Of a DNA stretch of 54,623 nt, positions 10,673-20,901 are shown piece by piece. This stretch comes from Clostridia bacterium. GTDB taxonomy: Bacteria > Bacillota > Clostridia > Oscillospirales > CAG-272. The stretch's first letter is position 1. Each line of letters opens with the position of its first letter. Below the pieces are notes generated by a model, which was not told where the DNA came from, ran no database searches, and was given only the letters and a program-made list of their open reading frames with translations. A program made the translations under genes and the position numbers. The DNA lies in assembly GCA_017466625.1 (NCBI GenBank), contig JAFTTT010000064.1, positions 1-54,623 of the forward strand, given 5' to 3'.

Positions 10673-11728
10673 TTATATTATCTCAAGCTCGTCTTTTCCG
10701 GGGAAATTCGGATAAACGTCGTCAAGGGTGTCGGAATACCAATACGCGACCGACGAAATGTCGTCCTGAAGCGGCATATATCTCTTTTCGCTGCGCCAGC
10801 CGAGCGCCTGGATCGTTACTTTAAGGTCTTCCTTGAAGTAGATGGGATCGGTAATATGCCAACGGTACATATCGAAATAAAGCTGTGATCTGTAGAGCCG
10901 ATCGGTGCTGCCGACCTTATACATTCCTGCGTAAGGCGTCGTGTACTCAACGTACTCGCCGTTGACGTCGAAATTGTACGCACCGCAGAAATAGTCCTCT
11001 GTTCCCGTTCCGCAGACGGTCGGGAACTCCCTGTCGCCGTCGATATAGAACTTGATCTCGCCCTCACCCCACCAGCGGTTGCTCTTAACGCCCCAATGCA
11101 TGTAGGTGCCGACGTAGTGGCCGTTACCCTTTATATTGTCAAGGATAACGTACGGCTCTTTGTACGGAAGCGGATTTACGCGGCGGAACTGCGCATGGAA
11201 ATAGAGGGTTTCGGGATCAAGCACCTTTTCCTCACAGTCGATCTGGTAATAGATCTGACATTCGTCGGGTCCGATGTTTTCGACCTCGATCTTGAAGCCC
11301 TCAAAATACGGCATCTCAAAATAGCAATTGAGCCCCTTTCGCGGATTAGCGCACATAGCGATGCTCGAAAGCTGACGGTATTCCATATAGTCGGCGTTCG
11401 CGAAAAAGTCGGAGATCGGTGCTTCAACGGCGGGATTTTCGTGACCGTCGAAATAGATGCGGAGTATGAGCAGACGCCCTGCCTTCGCGCTGTCGGTAAG
11501 CCAGATGTGCTTTATCGCGCCCCGGCCCTTAATATCGGCTAGGACCGTTCTCGTCCCGGGCTGAAGCATCAGAAACGGATTTACCTTCCAGCCCTGCCCG
11601 AGCTCGCGCGACGCAAGCGAGGCGCTTCCCTCTTTTGCCATTCCGCCCTTGCCCTTTTCGCCCGTCAGATTTTCGGGAGAAACAGAAAAGGTCGTTATAT
11701 TCTTTTTCGTTGTCAGATCGCTTAACAT
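10673..11728 (-). CDS. DUF2961 / GH172-family glycoside hydrolase
   Basis: Start moved to ATG 11728 (MLSDLTTKK), preceded by GGAGG. Motifs WWGEGEIKFYIDGD and CGTGTEDYF are typical of DUF2961. Confidence 0.75.
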   Translation of the reverse strand: MLSDLTTKKNITTFSVSPENLTGEKGKGGMAKEGSASLASRELGQGWKVNPFLMLQPGTRTVLADIKGRGAIKHIWLTDSAKAGRLLILRIYFDGHENPAVEAPISDFFANADYMEYRQLSSIAMCANPRKGLNCYFEMPYFEGFKIEVENIGPDECQIYYQIDCEEKVLDPETLYFHAQFRRVNPLPYKEPYVILDNIKGNGHYVGTYMHWGVKSNRWWGEGEIKFYIDGDREFPTVCGTGTEDYFCGAYNFDVNGEYVEYTTPYAGMYKVGSTDRLYRSQLYFDMYRWHITDPIYFKEDLKVTIQALGWRSEKRYMPLQDDISSVAYWYSDTLDDVYPNFPGKDELEII

Positions 11729-11799
11729 TTGACGCCTCCACGAAGGTTTAATACACCGTAATTGTAGCATAACGATCGATTAAATGCAACCTATACAAG

Positions 11800-11826
11800 C
11801 AAAAAACAGGGCTTTCGCCCTGTTTT
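11800..11826 (-). terminator. Intrinsic terminator after the DUF4091 gene
   Basis: Minus strand reads AAAAAACAGGGC-GAAA-GCCCTGTTTTTT directly after the TAA at 11827-11829. Confidence 0.7.
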
Positions 11827-13458
11827 TTATTTTTTCTTCATTGCCGCTTCAAGAGCGTTACCGATCTCAATGCGGAGCGACGCGAAGATGTCGCTCGTCG
11901 TGTATTCGGTAACGGTCGGCGTGCCTTCCTTTGTCTTTTCGATTATCCAGTCCTTGTCGAGATACTTTTCGGCAAGATAGAAAAGCTCAACGTCCTCTGC
12001 ACCGTCGCGAAGGATCTTTGCGCGGATAGAGGGGACGCAACCCTTAACTCCTACGTCCTTTCCGGGATAGAAAAGGAATCCGCAGCCGTAAATTGCCTTG
12101 CCCTCTCCGTTAGCTATTCCCGTGTTTGTGCTTTCCCAGGGATCAACGTGATTTCCCTTCTTGTCGTATCCGTAATACGCGGTCGTCCAATAGAGGAAGC
12201 CCTCGACGTCTCTCTGATACATCTGCCAGAACATCAGACGCTGAACTACGCCCTTCGTGTCAATGAACATCTGCGCGTATGGGTCGTCGGGGTCGTTACA
12301 TACGTAAGCCCAGAGCTTATCGCCGCTTGCCTTTTGCTCTGCCATTCGCTCTGCAAAGGTCTTCTCGGGCGTATAATCAAGATAGTCCCCATAGGATCTT
12401 TCATCGTCCCAAAGACAGAGCTTCGGACACCAGAAATCCATATATTCAGCCATATCGTCGGTCTGGTCTCTGCCGTCGCCGAGCGGAAGATTCGTATAGT
12501 ACGGTGCCGTCATGGGTATCTCGGGGCAAAGCTCCTTAAGCGTTTTGTTCCACTGTCTGAGCTGAACGAGATGCTCCTCGGTTCTCGGCTCGTCGAGCGG
12601 GAGGAAATACGCCTTTTCAAGCCAATCGGAGTTTGACTTGATCTTATTGTAATACTTAAGCAGCAGTTCTTCATTTATCGTGCCGTCCTCATTCTCGGGT
12701 ATCGGAACGATAAATGACGTTCTGCGCGGGTCGGACATATACTCGTTTGCCCTATCGTCAAGTATATCGTAAGGCATATCATATGTATTTATGCCGTGCT
12801 CGATCTCCATATCGTGCCAAAGCTTATACATTTCGTCCGAGGAATCGTTATTCGAATACTGCGCCATCCACGGGCGGCTGAGTCCCGCAGAGGTCGCAAA
12901 CGATCTGTCGCTCGGAAGAGCAAAATCCCAAACGTGAACAGTTATATTGTACGTCGCATAGACCTCTCCCGATCTGGTCTTCAGCTCATAAACGTACTCG
13001 TAATCGCCTGCGGGAGTGTTTTCATCAGTCTTAAACTCGATCATAAACGGGAGAACAGTCTTTGCTTCAAGCAAAAGCCGTGTACCGTAGTAAGGAATGA
13101 GCGCATCCGTGTACTGCTTTTTGCCGATCTTATGGGTCTTATTCATGGAATAGAGCGAGACTTCGATCGCATCGTTTTCGCCCGACGCCAGTGTCAGCAT
13201 AACGTTCTTTATCCGTTCATCGGAATAGATCGCAACCTGACAGCCCTCTGTCTCTCCCTTGGCAAGATAGACCGTATAATCGGTCGAAAGATCGCCCTCA
13301 GGCGCAATATTTACAACCGTTTTTTCAAAGCTGTGAAAAGCCCACGCCTGTATTTTCACAGACGTACCGCCTCCGTTATCTGCCTTATTTTTTCCTCCGC
13401 ACGAAACAAGTGACGTCACGGTGCAGAATACAAGAATAAATAATAATGCTTTTTTCAT
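11827..13458 (-). CDS. Lipoprotein, DUF4091-like putative glycoside hydrolase (GH123-related)
   Basis: 543-aa ORF. Signal peptide plus lipobox MKKALLFILVFCTVTSLVSCGG. The family call comes from overall resemblance and the glycosidase neighbourhood, and is less certain. Confidence 0.55.
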   Translation of the reverse strand: MKKALLFILVFCTVTSLVSCGGKNKADNGGGTSVKIQAWAFHSFEKTVVNIAPEGDLSTDYTVYLAKGETEGCQVAIYSDERIKNVMLTLASGENDAIEVSLYSMNKTHKIGKKQYTDALIPYYGTRLLLEAKTVLPFMIEFKTDENTPAGDYEYVYELKTRSGEVYATYNITVHVWDFALPSDRSFATSAGLSRPWMAQYSNNDSSDEMYKLWHDMEIEHGINTYDMPYDILDDRANEYMSDPRRTSFIVPIPENEDGTINEELLLKYYNKIKSNSDWLEKAYFLPLDEPRTEEHLVQLRQWNKTLKELCPEIPMTAPYYTNLPLGDGRDQTDDMAEYMDFWCPKLCLWDDERSYGDYLDYTPEKTFAERMAEQKASGDKLWAYVCNDPDDPYAQMFIDTKGVVQRLMFWQMYQRDVEGFLYWTTAYYGYDKKGNHVDPWESTNTGIANGEGKAIYGCGFLFYPGKDVGVKGCVPSIRAKILRDGAEDVELFYLAEKYLDKDWIIEKTKEGTPTVTEYTTSDIFASLRIEIGNALEAAMKKK

Positions 13459-13687
13459 ATACAGTTCTCCGAATCAAGCTTCAAAATCGTTGTGTCGGTT
13501 GAGCAAAAAGTAAATACCCCCAAGAGAGGAGCAGCCCCCCGCCAAAGGCCATGATATTCGCACGATTGCCAACCTTCTATGCTTATGATACACTATATCC
13601 GTGCAAATGTATTTGAAGAATTATCCCCGATATTTATACAATCGTACCCAAAGGTAACTGCGCAATATATACTGCCGTTTTTTTGGA

Positions 13688-15469
13688 TCACTTCACCATC
13701 GTCCAGACGAGCATATCGCTTTCTTCCCTGTTTGCAAATGCGAAATAGGGAATGAGACGCGCTCTGAAGGGGACGCAATTATCGTTTTTCAATGAATACA
13801 AACGCTCAGTCTTGGGACGGCGGCAAGCATCCACATAGATCACGGGTGCCGGAATGCCTTCTTCCGGCTTGACCTCGATATTTCCGTTTTCAATGAGAGT
13901 TATATCACGGAGATTTTCGCCGTTATCAAGCTCCTCCAGGCAGTAGACGACAGGTCCGCGCTGAACTGCGTATCTGCCCGAATTGTCCTGTGCGTAGGGA
14001 TTCGCCTCGATGAAATGCACCTCCATCGGAAGCTCGACCGTTATCTTATCACCGCCGGCAAGGTCGAAGCGCGCGTAACCGTTTTCGGTCTCGCCCTCGT
14101 ATTCAACGCACCATTCAGGGATTCTGACGTAAAGAGACGTCGGCTCGCCCTCGTATTCGAAGGTCACCTTGCCGTCGTAGGGGTAATTTGTCGTCTGCTT
14201 GATGACCGCGTCCTTACCGCCGATAACGAGCTTTGCTTCGCTTGTTGCAAACTGGTTACAGTAGATGTTATCTCCGTCAAGAGTATACATATATCTCGGA
14301 ATTGACGCAAGAGTTCTTACGACGTTAGGAGGACAGCAGGAGCAGCCGAAAACCTTAACACGCTGACATATCGGCTGATAGGTGCTGCGCGCATATTTCT
14401 TTCTGTCTATCTCAAGCGGGTTGGTATAGAAGAACTTTTCGCCGTCAAGAGAAAGACCCGAAATGAAGCCGTTATAAAGCACGCGCTCGATAACGTCGCC
14501 GTAACGGCTGTCCGCTCTGCCCTCCTGCATTGCGTTGGCAAAAAATGCAAGCGCGATAGCGGCGCAGGTCTCATTATACGTATCGCTGTTCGGAAGATCG
14601 TAAGCATACGAAAACCTTTCGCCGCTATGATCGGAGCCGACACCGCCAGTTACTGCCATTTTGCAATTTACTATGTTGTCGAATATTCTGTCGCAGGCGT
14701 CTGCAAGCTCCTTGTCACCGTCAACGTTTGCAAGCATCTTCATCGCGGTGTAAAGATAGCACGCGCGGACGGAATGTCCGACAGCTTCGTTTATTTCTCG
14801 GAGCGGAACGTTTGACTGTATCTGATCCCATTTTGCTTCCTTATCGTTACTTCCTCTTTGATCGATAAAGAATTTCGCGAGTGCCAGATGCTTTTCGTTT
14901 CCGAGGTAATTATAAAGCTTAAGAAGCGCAAGCTCGATCTCCTCGTGACCGGGCGTAACAAACGCCGCGCTTCCCTCCTCAACGAACACTCGATAGACCA
15001 TATCAACGTTCTTGAGAACGCAGTTAAGATACTTGTCCTTTCCCGTCGCCTTATGGTAAGCGATCGCGGCTTCAATGCTGTGGCCGAGACAGTAAAGCTC
15101 GTGACAGTCGCGGTCGGTAAATATCTTCGACGGCTCGATCGTAAGATAATACGAATTAAAATATCCGTCGGCGCGCTGGTTTCTGCAGATGTCGTCTATC
15201 ATTTCGTCGGCAAGCTTTTCCCATTCGGGTGCGGGCGCTTCCTCTATCATGTACGCTACGCCCTCAATCCATTTTACGACGTCGGAATCCCAATAAATAT
15301 GCGGCTTGTTCGGCATTCCCTCGCGCCAGTTACATTTGAGCGCGTCGAAGCGTCCCGTTTCCTTAAAACGCTCGTAGACGTTCTTTACGACCGACGAGCG
15401 GTTAAGGTCCATATAGTATCTCCAGAAGCCGTCCTTTATCTTCACGTTTTCCGCGGCAAGATTTTTCAT
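13688..15469 (-). CDS. GH127 beta-L-arabinofuranosidase-family protein (DUF1680)
   Basis: Start moved to ATG 15469 (MKNLAAENVKIKDGFW), preceded by GGGAGG. Motifs YWDSDVVKWIEG and the Zn-Cys cluster FGCSCCPPN are typical of GH127. Confidence 0.8.
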   Translation of the reverse strand: MKNLAAENVKIKDGFWRYYMDLNRSSVVKNVYERFKETGRFDALKCNWREGMPNKPHIYWDSDVVKWIEGVAYMIEEAPAPEWEKLADEMIDDICRNQRADGYFNSYYLTIEPSKIFTDRDCHELYCLGHSIEAAIAYHKATGKDKYLNCVLKNVDMVYRVFVEEGSAAFVTPGHEEIELALLKLYNYLGNEKHLALAKFFIDQRGSNDKEAKWDQIQSNVPLREINEAVGHSVRACYLYTAMKMLANVDGDKELADACDRIFDNIVNCKMAVTGGVGSDHSGERFSYAYDLPNSDTYNETCAAIALAFFANAMQEGRADSRYGDVIERVLYNGFISGLSLDGEKFFYTNPLEIDRKKYARSTYQPICQRVKVFGCSCCPPNVVRTLASIPRYMYTLDGDNIYCNQFATSEAKLVIGGKDAVIKQTTNYPYDGKVTFEYEGEPTSLYVRIPEWCVEYEGETENGYARFDLAGGDKITVELPMEVHFIEANPYAQDNSGRYAVQRGPVVYCLEELDNGENLRDITLIENGNIEVKPEEGIPAPVIYVDACRRPKTERLYSLKNDNCVPFRARLIPYFAFANREESDMLVWTMVK

Positions 15470-15581
15470 TTTTTGTTTCCTCCCGATTGACAAATTACAG
15501 ATTATTATCTATAATCATTGTATAGTATCCAAAAACCGATTTCAACGGCAAAATCTGTATAATAGGAGCAAAAATCCGACC

Positions 15582-16343
15582 ATGTTTGAAAGCGTCACCT
15601 ATCACGGAGCGGGAAAATTCGTTTCATACGGCGAGTGGATGCATCCCGATAGGATCATCGATTCTTCCGAGATCATTTTCGTCATCAAAGGGCGGGTCCA
15701 TATAACCGAGAGCGAAAAGCGGTACGAGTTAAAGGAAAACGACGTTCTTCTGCTTGAACGCGGTCTCCGACACTTCGGTCACGAAAAAAGCTCAAACACC
15801 TCGTTTTTCTGGGTTCATTTTAACGGCGCGCCTGAAATTGATCCGGCAATGAAGCTCCGCAACATGAAAAGCTCGTACGACCTTCCTCTGCTCTTTAAGC
15901 AGCTCGTTCACTACCGAGCGGAAAAACGATCAAGCGAAGCAATGGATTACCTTACCCGTCTCATATTGATAGAGTGCTTCTCACCTCAAAATAACGAGAG
16001 CGCAAACCGCGCGCTTTCCGAGATCGCCGCCTGGATAAAGGCAAACTGCGGCAAAATAACCAAGGCCGAGCAGGTTGCCAAGCATTTCGGCTATAACGCA
16101 GACTACCTGAGCCGCATCTTCAAGGAAAATTACGAGAAGCCGCTCAAGGAATATATCGACGCAGTCAGGATGAGTTACATAAAGCGGTTGCTTCTTTCGG
16201 GCGAAAAAACGCTTGCGGACGTCTCTTGCGAAGCGGGCTTTTCCGACTACAAATATTTTCTTAAATATTTCAAATACCACGAGGGGATCACCCCGACACA
16301 GTTTTTAAGTACCTATCCGAAAACGCACATAAACACGAAATAA
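15582..16343 (+). CDS. AraC-family transcriptional regulator (cupin sensor + HTH_18)
   Basis: 253-aa ORF, divergent from the GH127 gene. C-terminal AraC signature (ADYLSRIFKE...LLLSGEKTLADVSCEAGFSDYKYFLKYFKYHEGITPTQF). Confidence 0.85.
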   Translation: MFESVTYHGAGKFVSYGEWMHPDRIIDSSEIIFVIKGRVHITESEKRYELKENDVLLLERGLRHFGHEKSSNTSFFWVHFNGAPEIDPAMKLRNMKSSYDLPLLFKQLVHYRAEKRSSEAMDYLTRLILIECFSPQNNESANRALSEIAAWIKANCGKITKAEQVAKHFGYNADYLSRIFKENYEKPLKEYIDAVRMSYIKRLLLSGEKTLADVSCEAGFSDYKYFLKYFKYHEGITPTQFLSTYPKTHINTK

Positions 16344-16463
16344 CGGCGATATTGTATTTATCCGTGCAATATGACTTTTGAGCAGCATGGAATTTGAAGA
16401 CCCAAAGTGACTACCGTCTTCGGCAAGCAGCCGCGATGCTTATCGCAGAGCGGCTAAAATAAT

Positions 16464-16491
16464 AAAAGTCCCCCGTGAAGGGGGACTTTTA
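16464..16491. terminator. Bidirectional intrinsic terminator
   Basis: AAAAGTCCCC-GTGAA-GGGGACTTTT between the convergent araC-like and trkA genes. Confidence 0.75.
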
Positions 16492-17142
16492 TTATTTTAG
16501 CTTCTGAAGCTTCGCAGTATTTGCAATAACGATAAGCTGACTTCCCTTTTTAAGGGGAAGCGTCGGATCGACCGTTGTGCTTATTTTGTCGTCTTCCCTG
16601 ACCGCAACCACGTTTATCGAATACTTTTTGCGCAGATCAAGCTCAATAAGCGTCTTTCCGACCCATTCGTCTTTAACGTCAAGCTCGACCATCGAGACCT
16701 CGTCCGAAAGCTCTATCATTTCCGCAAAGCCCGAGGTAAGGAGATTTTTCGCCAGGCGCGTTCCCGATTCCTTTTCGGGGAAGATGACCTTATCGGCTCC
16801 GATTCGGGTAAATATCATCTGATGCATCTCGTTTCCGCATTTGACGATCACGGTCTTGACGCCCGCCTCCTTGCAGAGAGTTATCGCCATGACGCTCGCC
16901 TCGAGATTACTTGCCATTGCAACGATGACGACGTCGATATTCGATATTCCGAGTCGTTTTATCACCTCCGGACGCGTTATGTCGGCACACTTACAGACGG
17001 GTATCGTCTTTGCGGCGTTATCGACGTTTTCCCGGTCGATATCGACAGCAAGCACCTCCGCACCGTTTTTGACAAGCTCCTCGGCAACCGCTATTCCGTA
17101 TCTGCCGAGTCCGAATACTGCGTAATTCTTATTTATACTCAT
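16492..17142 (-). CDS. trkA: Trk/Ktr potassium-uptake NAD-binding (RCK) subunit
   Basis: 216-aa ORF. VFGLGRYG Rossmann loop and RCK_N + RCK_C layout. Immediately downstream of trkH. Confidence 0.85.
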   Translation of the reverse strand: MSINKNYAVFGLGRYGIAVAEELVKNGAEVLAVDIDRENVDNAAKTIPVCKCADITRPEVIKRLGISNIDVVIVAMASNLEASVMAITLCKEAGVKTVIVKCGNEMHQMIFTRIGADKVIFPEKESGTRLAKNLLTSGFAEMIELSDEVSMVELDVKDEWVGKTLIELDLRKKYSINVVAVREDDKISTTVDPTLPLKKGSQLIVIANTAKLQKLK

Positions 17143-17155
17143 ATTTTTCTCCCTC

Positions 17156-18514
17156 TCAACCGACGCTGATTTCCTCGGTTGGATTTTTAACTATATTCTG
17201 AACTTCTTTTCCGCTCTTAAAGGCAAGCGCAAGTGATATAGGCCCGACTCTGCCGAGATACATCGTGAGTATTATGATAAGCTTTCCGAGCGTGTTAAGC
17301 GACGAGGTCAGATTTCTCGTAAGTCCTACCGTCGCCGTTGCCGACACCGTCTCGTACATAACGTCAAGCGCGCTCGCGCTCGTTACCGCCGACAGAAGCA
17401 CGGTTGAAACGAACATGATTATAAACGACATGCTCGTGACAGCGACCGCCTTGCTTACCGCCTCCTTTGTCAGGCGGCGTCCGAAGAGCTCGGTGTCCTC
17501 CTTGTTGCGTATCGACGCAAAAGCCGAAGAGAAAAGCACGGCGACCGTGACGGTCTTGATACCGCCTGCGGTTCCGACGGGTGAGCCGCCGATAAACATC
17601 AGAAGCAGGCAGAGTATCGAGGACGCATTCGTAAGATTTTCCTGCGGAACAGTTGCAAATCCCGCAGTTCTGGTCGTCACGGACTGGAAGAGGGAAAGTT
17701 CAATTTTTTCCCATACCGTGCAGTCCTTCATCGTCAATGGATTATTGTATTCAAACGCAAATATCAGCGCCGCGCCGACGAATATCAGAACAAGCGTCGC
17801 CACGATGGCAATTTTGCTGTGAAGGGTCAGGTCTCTGAAAAACCTCACCTTTTTACGGCGCGAGTCCTTTATCAGACGAATGACGTCCCACCAGACGATA
17901 TATCCGATGCCGCCGAGGATTATGAGCGCACAGGTAACTGCGTTTATCATCGGGTTCAGTGCGTAACCGCACAGACTGTTTTCGGCGATTATGTCTATAC
18001 CGGCGTTGCAGAACGCGGAGACCGAAGTAAATACCGATATCCATATTCCGCGCATACCGAACTCCGGCACGAAGACCGTCATATACAATAAAGCACCGAT
18101 GCTCTCCACGATCAGCGTTCCGAGCACAACGTTTTTTACGAACCGTATGAGCCCCGAAAGCGAGTTCAAATTGAACGCGTCCTGCAAAAGAAGACGGTCG
18201 CCGATACCCATCTTTTTGTGAAGCATTATCATAATGGCAGACATTATCGTTATTACGCCGAGTCCGCCTATTTGAATGAGGATAAGAATGACCGCCTGTC
18301 CGAAAACGCTCCACGAGGCCACCGTAGGAGTGACGACAAGCCCCGTCACGCAGGTCGACGTCGTCGCAGTAAAGAGCGCGTCGACAAAAGGCGTTGCGCT
18401 TCCGTCAGCCGAGCTTATCGGCAGTGAAAGCAACAGCGCACCTATCATTATCGCCGCCATGAAGCTGACGAGGATTATATGGGTTGTCGACAGTTTTAGC
18501 CGCTGTTTTCTCAT
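17156..18514 (-). CDS. trkH: TrkH/KtrB-family potassium transporter membrane subunit
   Basis: 452-aa polytopic ORF. Repeated selectivity-filter-like segments (TCVTGL, FCNAGI, RTAGF, TVGLT). Confidence 0.85.
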   Translation of the reverse strand: MRKQRLKLSTTHIILVSFMAAIMIGALLLSLPISSADGSATPFVDALFTATTSTCVTGLVVTPTVASWSVFGQAVILILIQIGGLGVITIMSAIMIMLHKKMGIGDRLLLQDAFNLNSLSGLIRFVKNVVLGTLIVESIGALLYMTVFVPEFGMRGIWISVFTSVSAFCNAGIDIIAENSLCGYALNPMINAVTCALIILGGIGYIVWWDVIRLIKDSRRKKVRFFRDLTLHSKIAIVATLVLIFVGAALIFAFEYNNPLTMKDCTVWEKIELSLFQSVTTRTAGFATVPQENLTNASSILCLLLMFIGGSPVGTAGGIKTVTVAVLFSSAFASIRNKEDTELFGRRLTKEAVSKAVAVTSMSFIIMFVSTVLLSAVTSASALDVMYETVSATATVGLTRNLTSSLNTLGKLIIILTMYLGRVGPISLALAFKSGKEVQNIVKNPTEEISVG

Positions 18515-18644
18515 AAGTAAAATACCTTATTACAGTTTTATACGCACATTATATCAGCTTTTTTCTTTTTTTGCAATACGGACAGGCAAAAAAACGAATA
18601 CAGCCGCTCATCTCTGAATACCTTATCAGTACGGAGGTGATCTT

Positions 18645-19112
18645 TTGAAGATAGATTTCAAAAAACTTATAATAAATATCGCGATACCGCTCGGCGTAGG
18701 CGCATTGTCCGCGCTCATCAGTATGGGAAGCATGGAAAGCTTCGCGTCGCTTAACCAGCCGCCGCTTTCGCCGCCCGCGTGGTTATTTCCCGTCGTGTGG
18801 TCTATCCTTTACGTCCTTATGGGAATTTCGTCCTATCTCATAACCCAATCGGATGAAACGGCAAGCACAAAGACCGCGCTCACCGTCTACGGCGTCCAGC
18901 TCTTCTTCAACTTCATGTGGTCGATCATATTCTTCAATTTCGAAGCGTATCTTTTCGCATTTATCTGGCTCATCGCGCTTCTCGCTCTCGTTATCGCAAA
19001 CGCGGTCCTCTTTTACCGCATCGACCGCCGCGCAGGACTTCTCTTTATCCCGTACATTCTGTGGGTAATATTCGCCGGATATCTCAATTTCGGCATTTTC
19101 CTTTTGAATTGA
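18645..19112 (+). CDS. tspO: TspO/MBR tryptophan-rich sensory protein
   Basis: 155-aa ORF with a TTG start 7 nt after GGAGG. Five helices and Trp-rich motifs (PPAWLFPVVWSILY, FFNFMWSIIFF). Confidence 0.8.
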   Translation: MKIDFKKLIINIAIPLGVGALSALISMGSMESFASLNQPPLSPPAWLFPVVWSILYVLMGISSYLITQSDETASTKTALTVYGVQLFFNFMWSIIFFNFEAYLFAFIWLIALLALVIANAVLFYRIDRRAGLLFIPYILWVIFAGYLNFGIFLLN

Positions 19113-19300
19113 CGATTCCGCCGTATAAAAACAATGTTGCTATTGCATCGACACCGCTTGATGCGCAACCTACTCCTCATCCGTCAACCTGTCGGTTGAC
19201 ACCTTCCCCTCAGGGGAAGGCAAGACAACGCACCGATACTTCGCTACGTTGTTTGTAGGGGCCGAAGTCCTCGGAAGCCCGCATAAAAGCGCTGTTGCCG
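19113..19300 (+). repeat. Intergenic mosaic repeat, short form (copy 1); related to 32880-33055
   Basis: CCGCCGTATAAAAACAATGTT..., hairpins 19183-19200 and 19202-19220, then GGCAAGACAACG. About 100 nt align by hand with 32890-32980. Confidence 0.8.
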
Positions 19301-19309
19301 CATTGATAC

Positions 19310-19709
19310 AGAAATAAATATCCCCCCGCATAGCGGGGGGTATTTCAGTTTCGGGCGCAGCCCTAATATTACTGGCTGCGCACAAGTGCGCTTTAGTCCC
19401 ACCTGCCAGCCATGCATTGGATACTTGCTACCCATAAATGGGTTTCGCTCTTGGCCTCCCTTGTGTAAAGGGATGGTGCAAGTGGCATAGCCACGACCGG
19501 AGGGATTGTATATAAGCTTTTCTAACTTCTTACAACCCCTCAGTCTTCAGTAGTTTGCGCTTCGCGCAACCTACCGCAGACAGCTCCCCTTGCACAGGGG
19601 AGCCATTGGCACAAACTTCCCTTAAACTACATTTTTCTTTACATCATTTCTGTTCATCGCTTAACCTTTTTTGAACCACGCTCCTCACGCGTGGTTTTCA
19701 TTTACAAAA
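19310..19709 (-). repeat. Intergenic mosaic element, long form, copy A (candidate structured ncRNA or MITE)
   Basis: Its reverse complement matches 47632-48086. The 5' block (19599-19706) and the 3' block (19312-19444) are near-identical, the core is divergent. It ends in the hairpin CCCCCCGC-TAT-GCGGGGGG plus a T-rich run. Confidence 0.85.
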
Positions 19710-19744
19710 AAAGGCCGAAGCTTAGCTAAGCTTCGGCCTTTTTG
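19706..19744 (-). terminator. Intrinsic terminator after the 19745-20314 gene
   Basis: AGGCCGAAGCTTAGCTAAGCTTCGGCCT long perfect hairpin with flanking A/T runs, directly after the TAA at 19745-19747. Confidence 0.8.
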
Positions 19745-20314
19745 TTATTCAACTGTATAGTCGTAAAGGCGAACGATTCCCTCGCAGCCGGTGAGCCCGA
19801 TATAAAACTCCTTCGGAATATCCTCGACGCGGAGTCTGATCTTGTGACCGTCAACGTCGATATTCAGATAATACTCCTCAACGTTTACCGTAAGGGTATG
19901 AATGTCGTTTTCGCTTACGTCAAAGGTATCACCGAGGCGAAGATGCCAATGGCATCTGCCGTCCTCCTCGCGGAAGTGACGCCATACGTTGATACCGTTC
20001 TTCCAAAGAACGATCTCGAAGCAAGCTCCGTAACGGACCTCGCCGTCGGGGCAATTTTCGATCTCAGGAACGATTATTATCTCGGGACATCCGATATCCT
20101 CAAACGCGCAGCGAAGCGTTGCAGTGACACCTGCCGAGTGCTTTTCATGCGTGAGCAAGCTTATATTGTCGAAGCCCTCGCGGTGCTCCTTGTTTACGAG
20201 CGTCGTTACGTATCCGTCCTTCTGCGTGAACTTCGGATTTTCCGTAAAACGGAATGAATATGCAGTCGTCAGCTCGTTGTTCCATTCTGCGCTGCCAAAG
20301 CTTACTTTTTTCAT
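19745..20314 (-). CDS. Hypothetical cytoplasmic protein (about 190 aa), last gene of or just after the Dlt-like operon
   Basis: Start moved to ATG 20314 (MKKVSFGSAEWNNELT). No motif that I recognise. Confidence 0.5.
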   Translation of the reverse strand: MKKVSFGSAEWNNELTTAYSFRFTENPKFTQKDGYVTTLVNKEHREGFDNISLLTHEKHSAGVTATLRCAFEDIGCPEIIIVPEIENCPDGEVRYGACFEIVLWKNGINVWRHFREEDGRCHWHLRLGDTFDVSENDIHTLTVNVEEYYLNIDVDGHKIRLRVEDIPKEFYIGLTGCEGIVRLYDYTVE

Positions 20315-20380
20315 AATATTAAAACCCTTTCTGCTTGAACGGGCAGACACCGCTTGGGTGTCTGCAGTTATTGTTTACGT

Positions 20381-20890
20381 TTATACGGGAAGGTACTCTA
20401 TCGAAATGACCTTGCCGTCCTTAAGAACGAAGCTGAGCGTTGCGTTACCGTCGGTATAGGCAAGCATCGTCGAGGTCTCCTCGGTCGTCTTTCCGTAGAT
20501 TCCCTTTACCGCCTCCGCCGTCATACCAACGTAAGCGCCCTGCGGAGTCTGTACGCTGTCATCCGAAAGCTGTATCGAGTTAACGTAATCCTTCTTGCCG
20601 TTGGGACGGGTAAGGATAACGTAGCCGGCGTAGGTATAGGTCTTATCAAGACCGTCGAAGGCACAGGACGCCGCCTCAAAGTACTTAAGCGGCTCGCCGA
20701 GTGCCTCAAGCACGTCAGCCATATCCGCGTCGATCTTGACTTCGTAATTATTCTTGCCGGCAACAACAAAGAAGTATTTGCTATCCTTTGCGGGGCTTCC
20801 GTTTTCGCCGCCGTCATCAATCGGTGCGGTGCAGGATGCAAAGGAAAGAATAAGGATCGCACTCAAAATTACCGTTAAAAATCTTTTCAT
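20381..20890 (-). CDS. Small lipoprotein (hypothetical)
   Basis: 169-aa ORF. Signal peptide plus lipobox MKRFLTVILSAILILSFASC. 11-nt gap to the upstream gene. Confidence 0.6.
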   Translation of the reverse strand: MKRFLTVILSAILILSFASCTAPIDDGGENGSPAKDSKYFFVVAGKNNYEVKIDADMADVLEALGEPLKYFEAASCAFDGLDKTYTYAGYVILTRPNGKKDYVNSIQLSDDSVQTPQGAYVGMTAEAVKGIYGKTTEETSTMLAYTDGNATLSFVLKDGKVISIEYLPV

Positions 20891-20901
20891 GATATACTCC
20901 T

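Noticed and set aside
13596-13619. Shared TATCCGTGCAA + ATTTGAAGA words at 13596-13619 and 16359-16400, near the AraC-regulated genes
   Set aside because: An 11-mer plus a 9-mer with different spacing (4 vs 22 nt) is within chance expectation for a 55-kb window. They are not at the divergent promoter where an operator would be expected.
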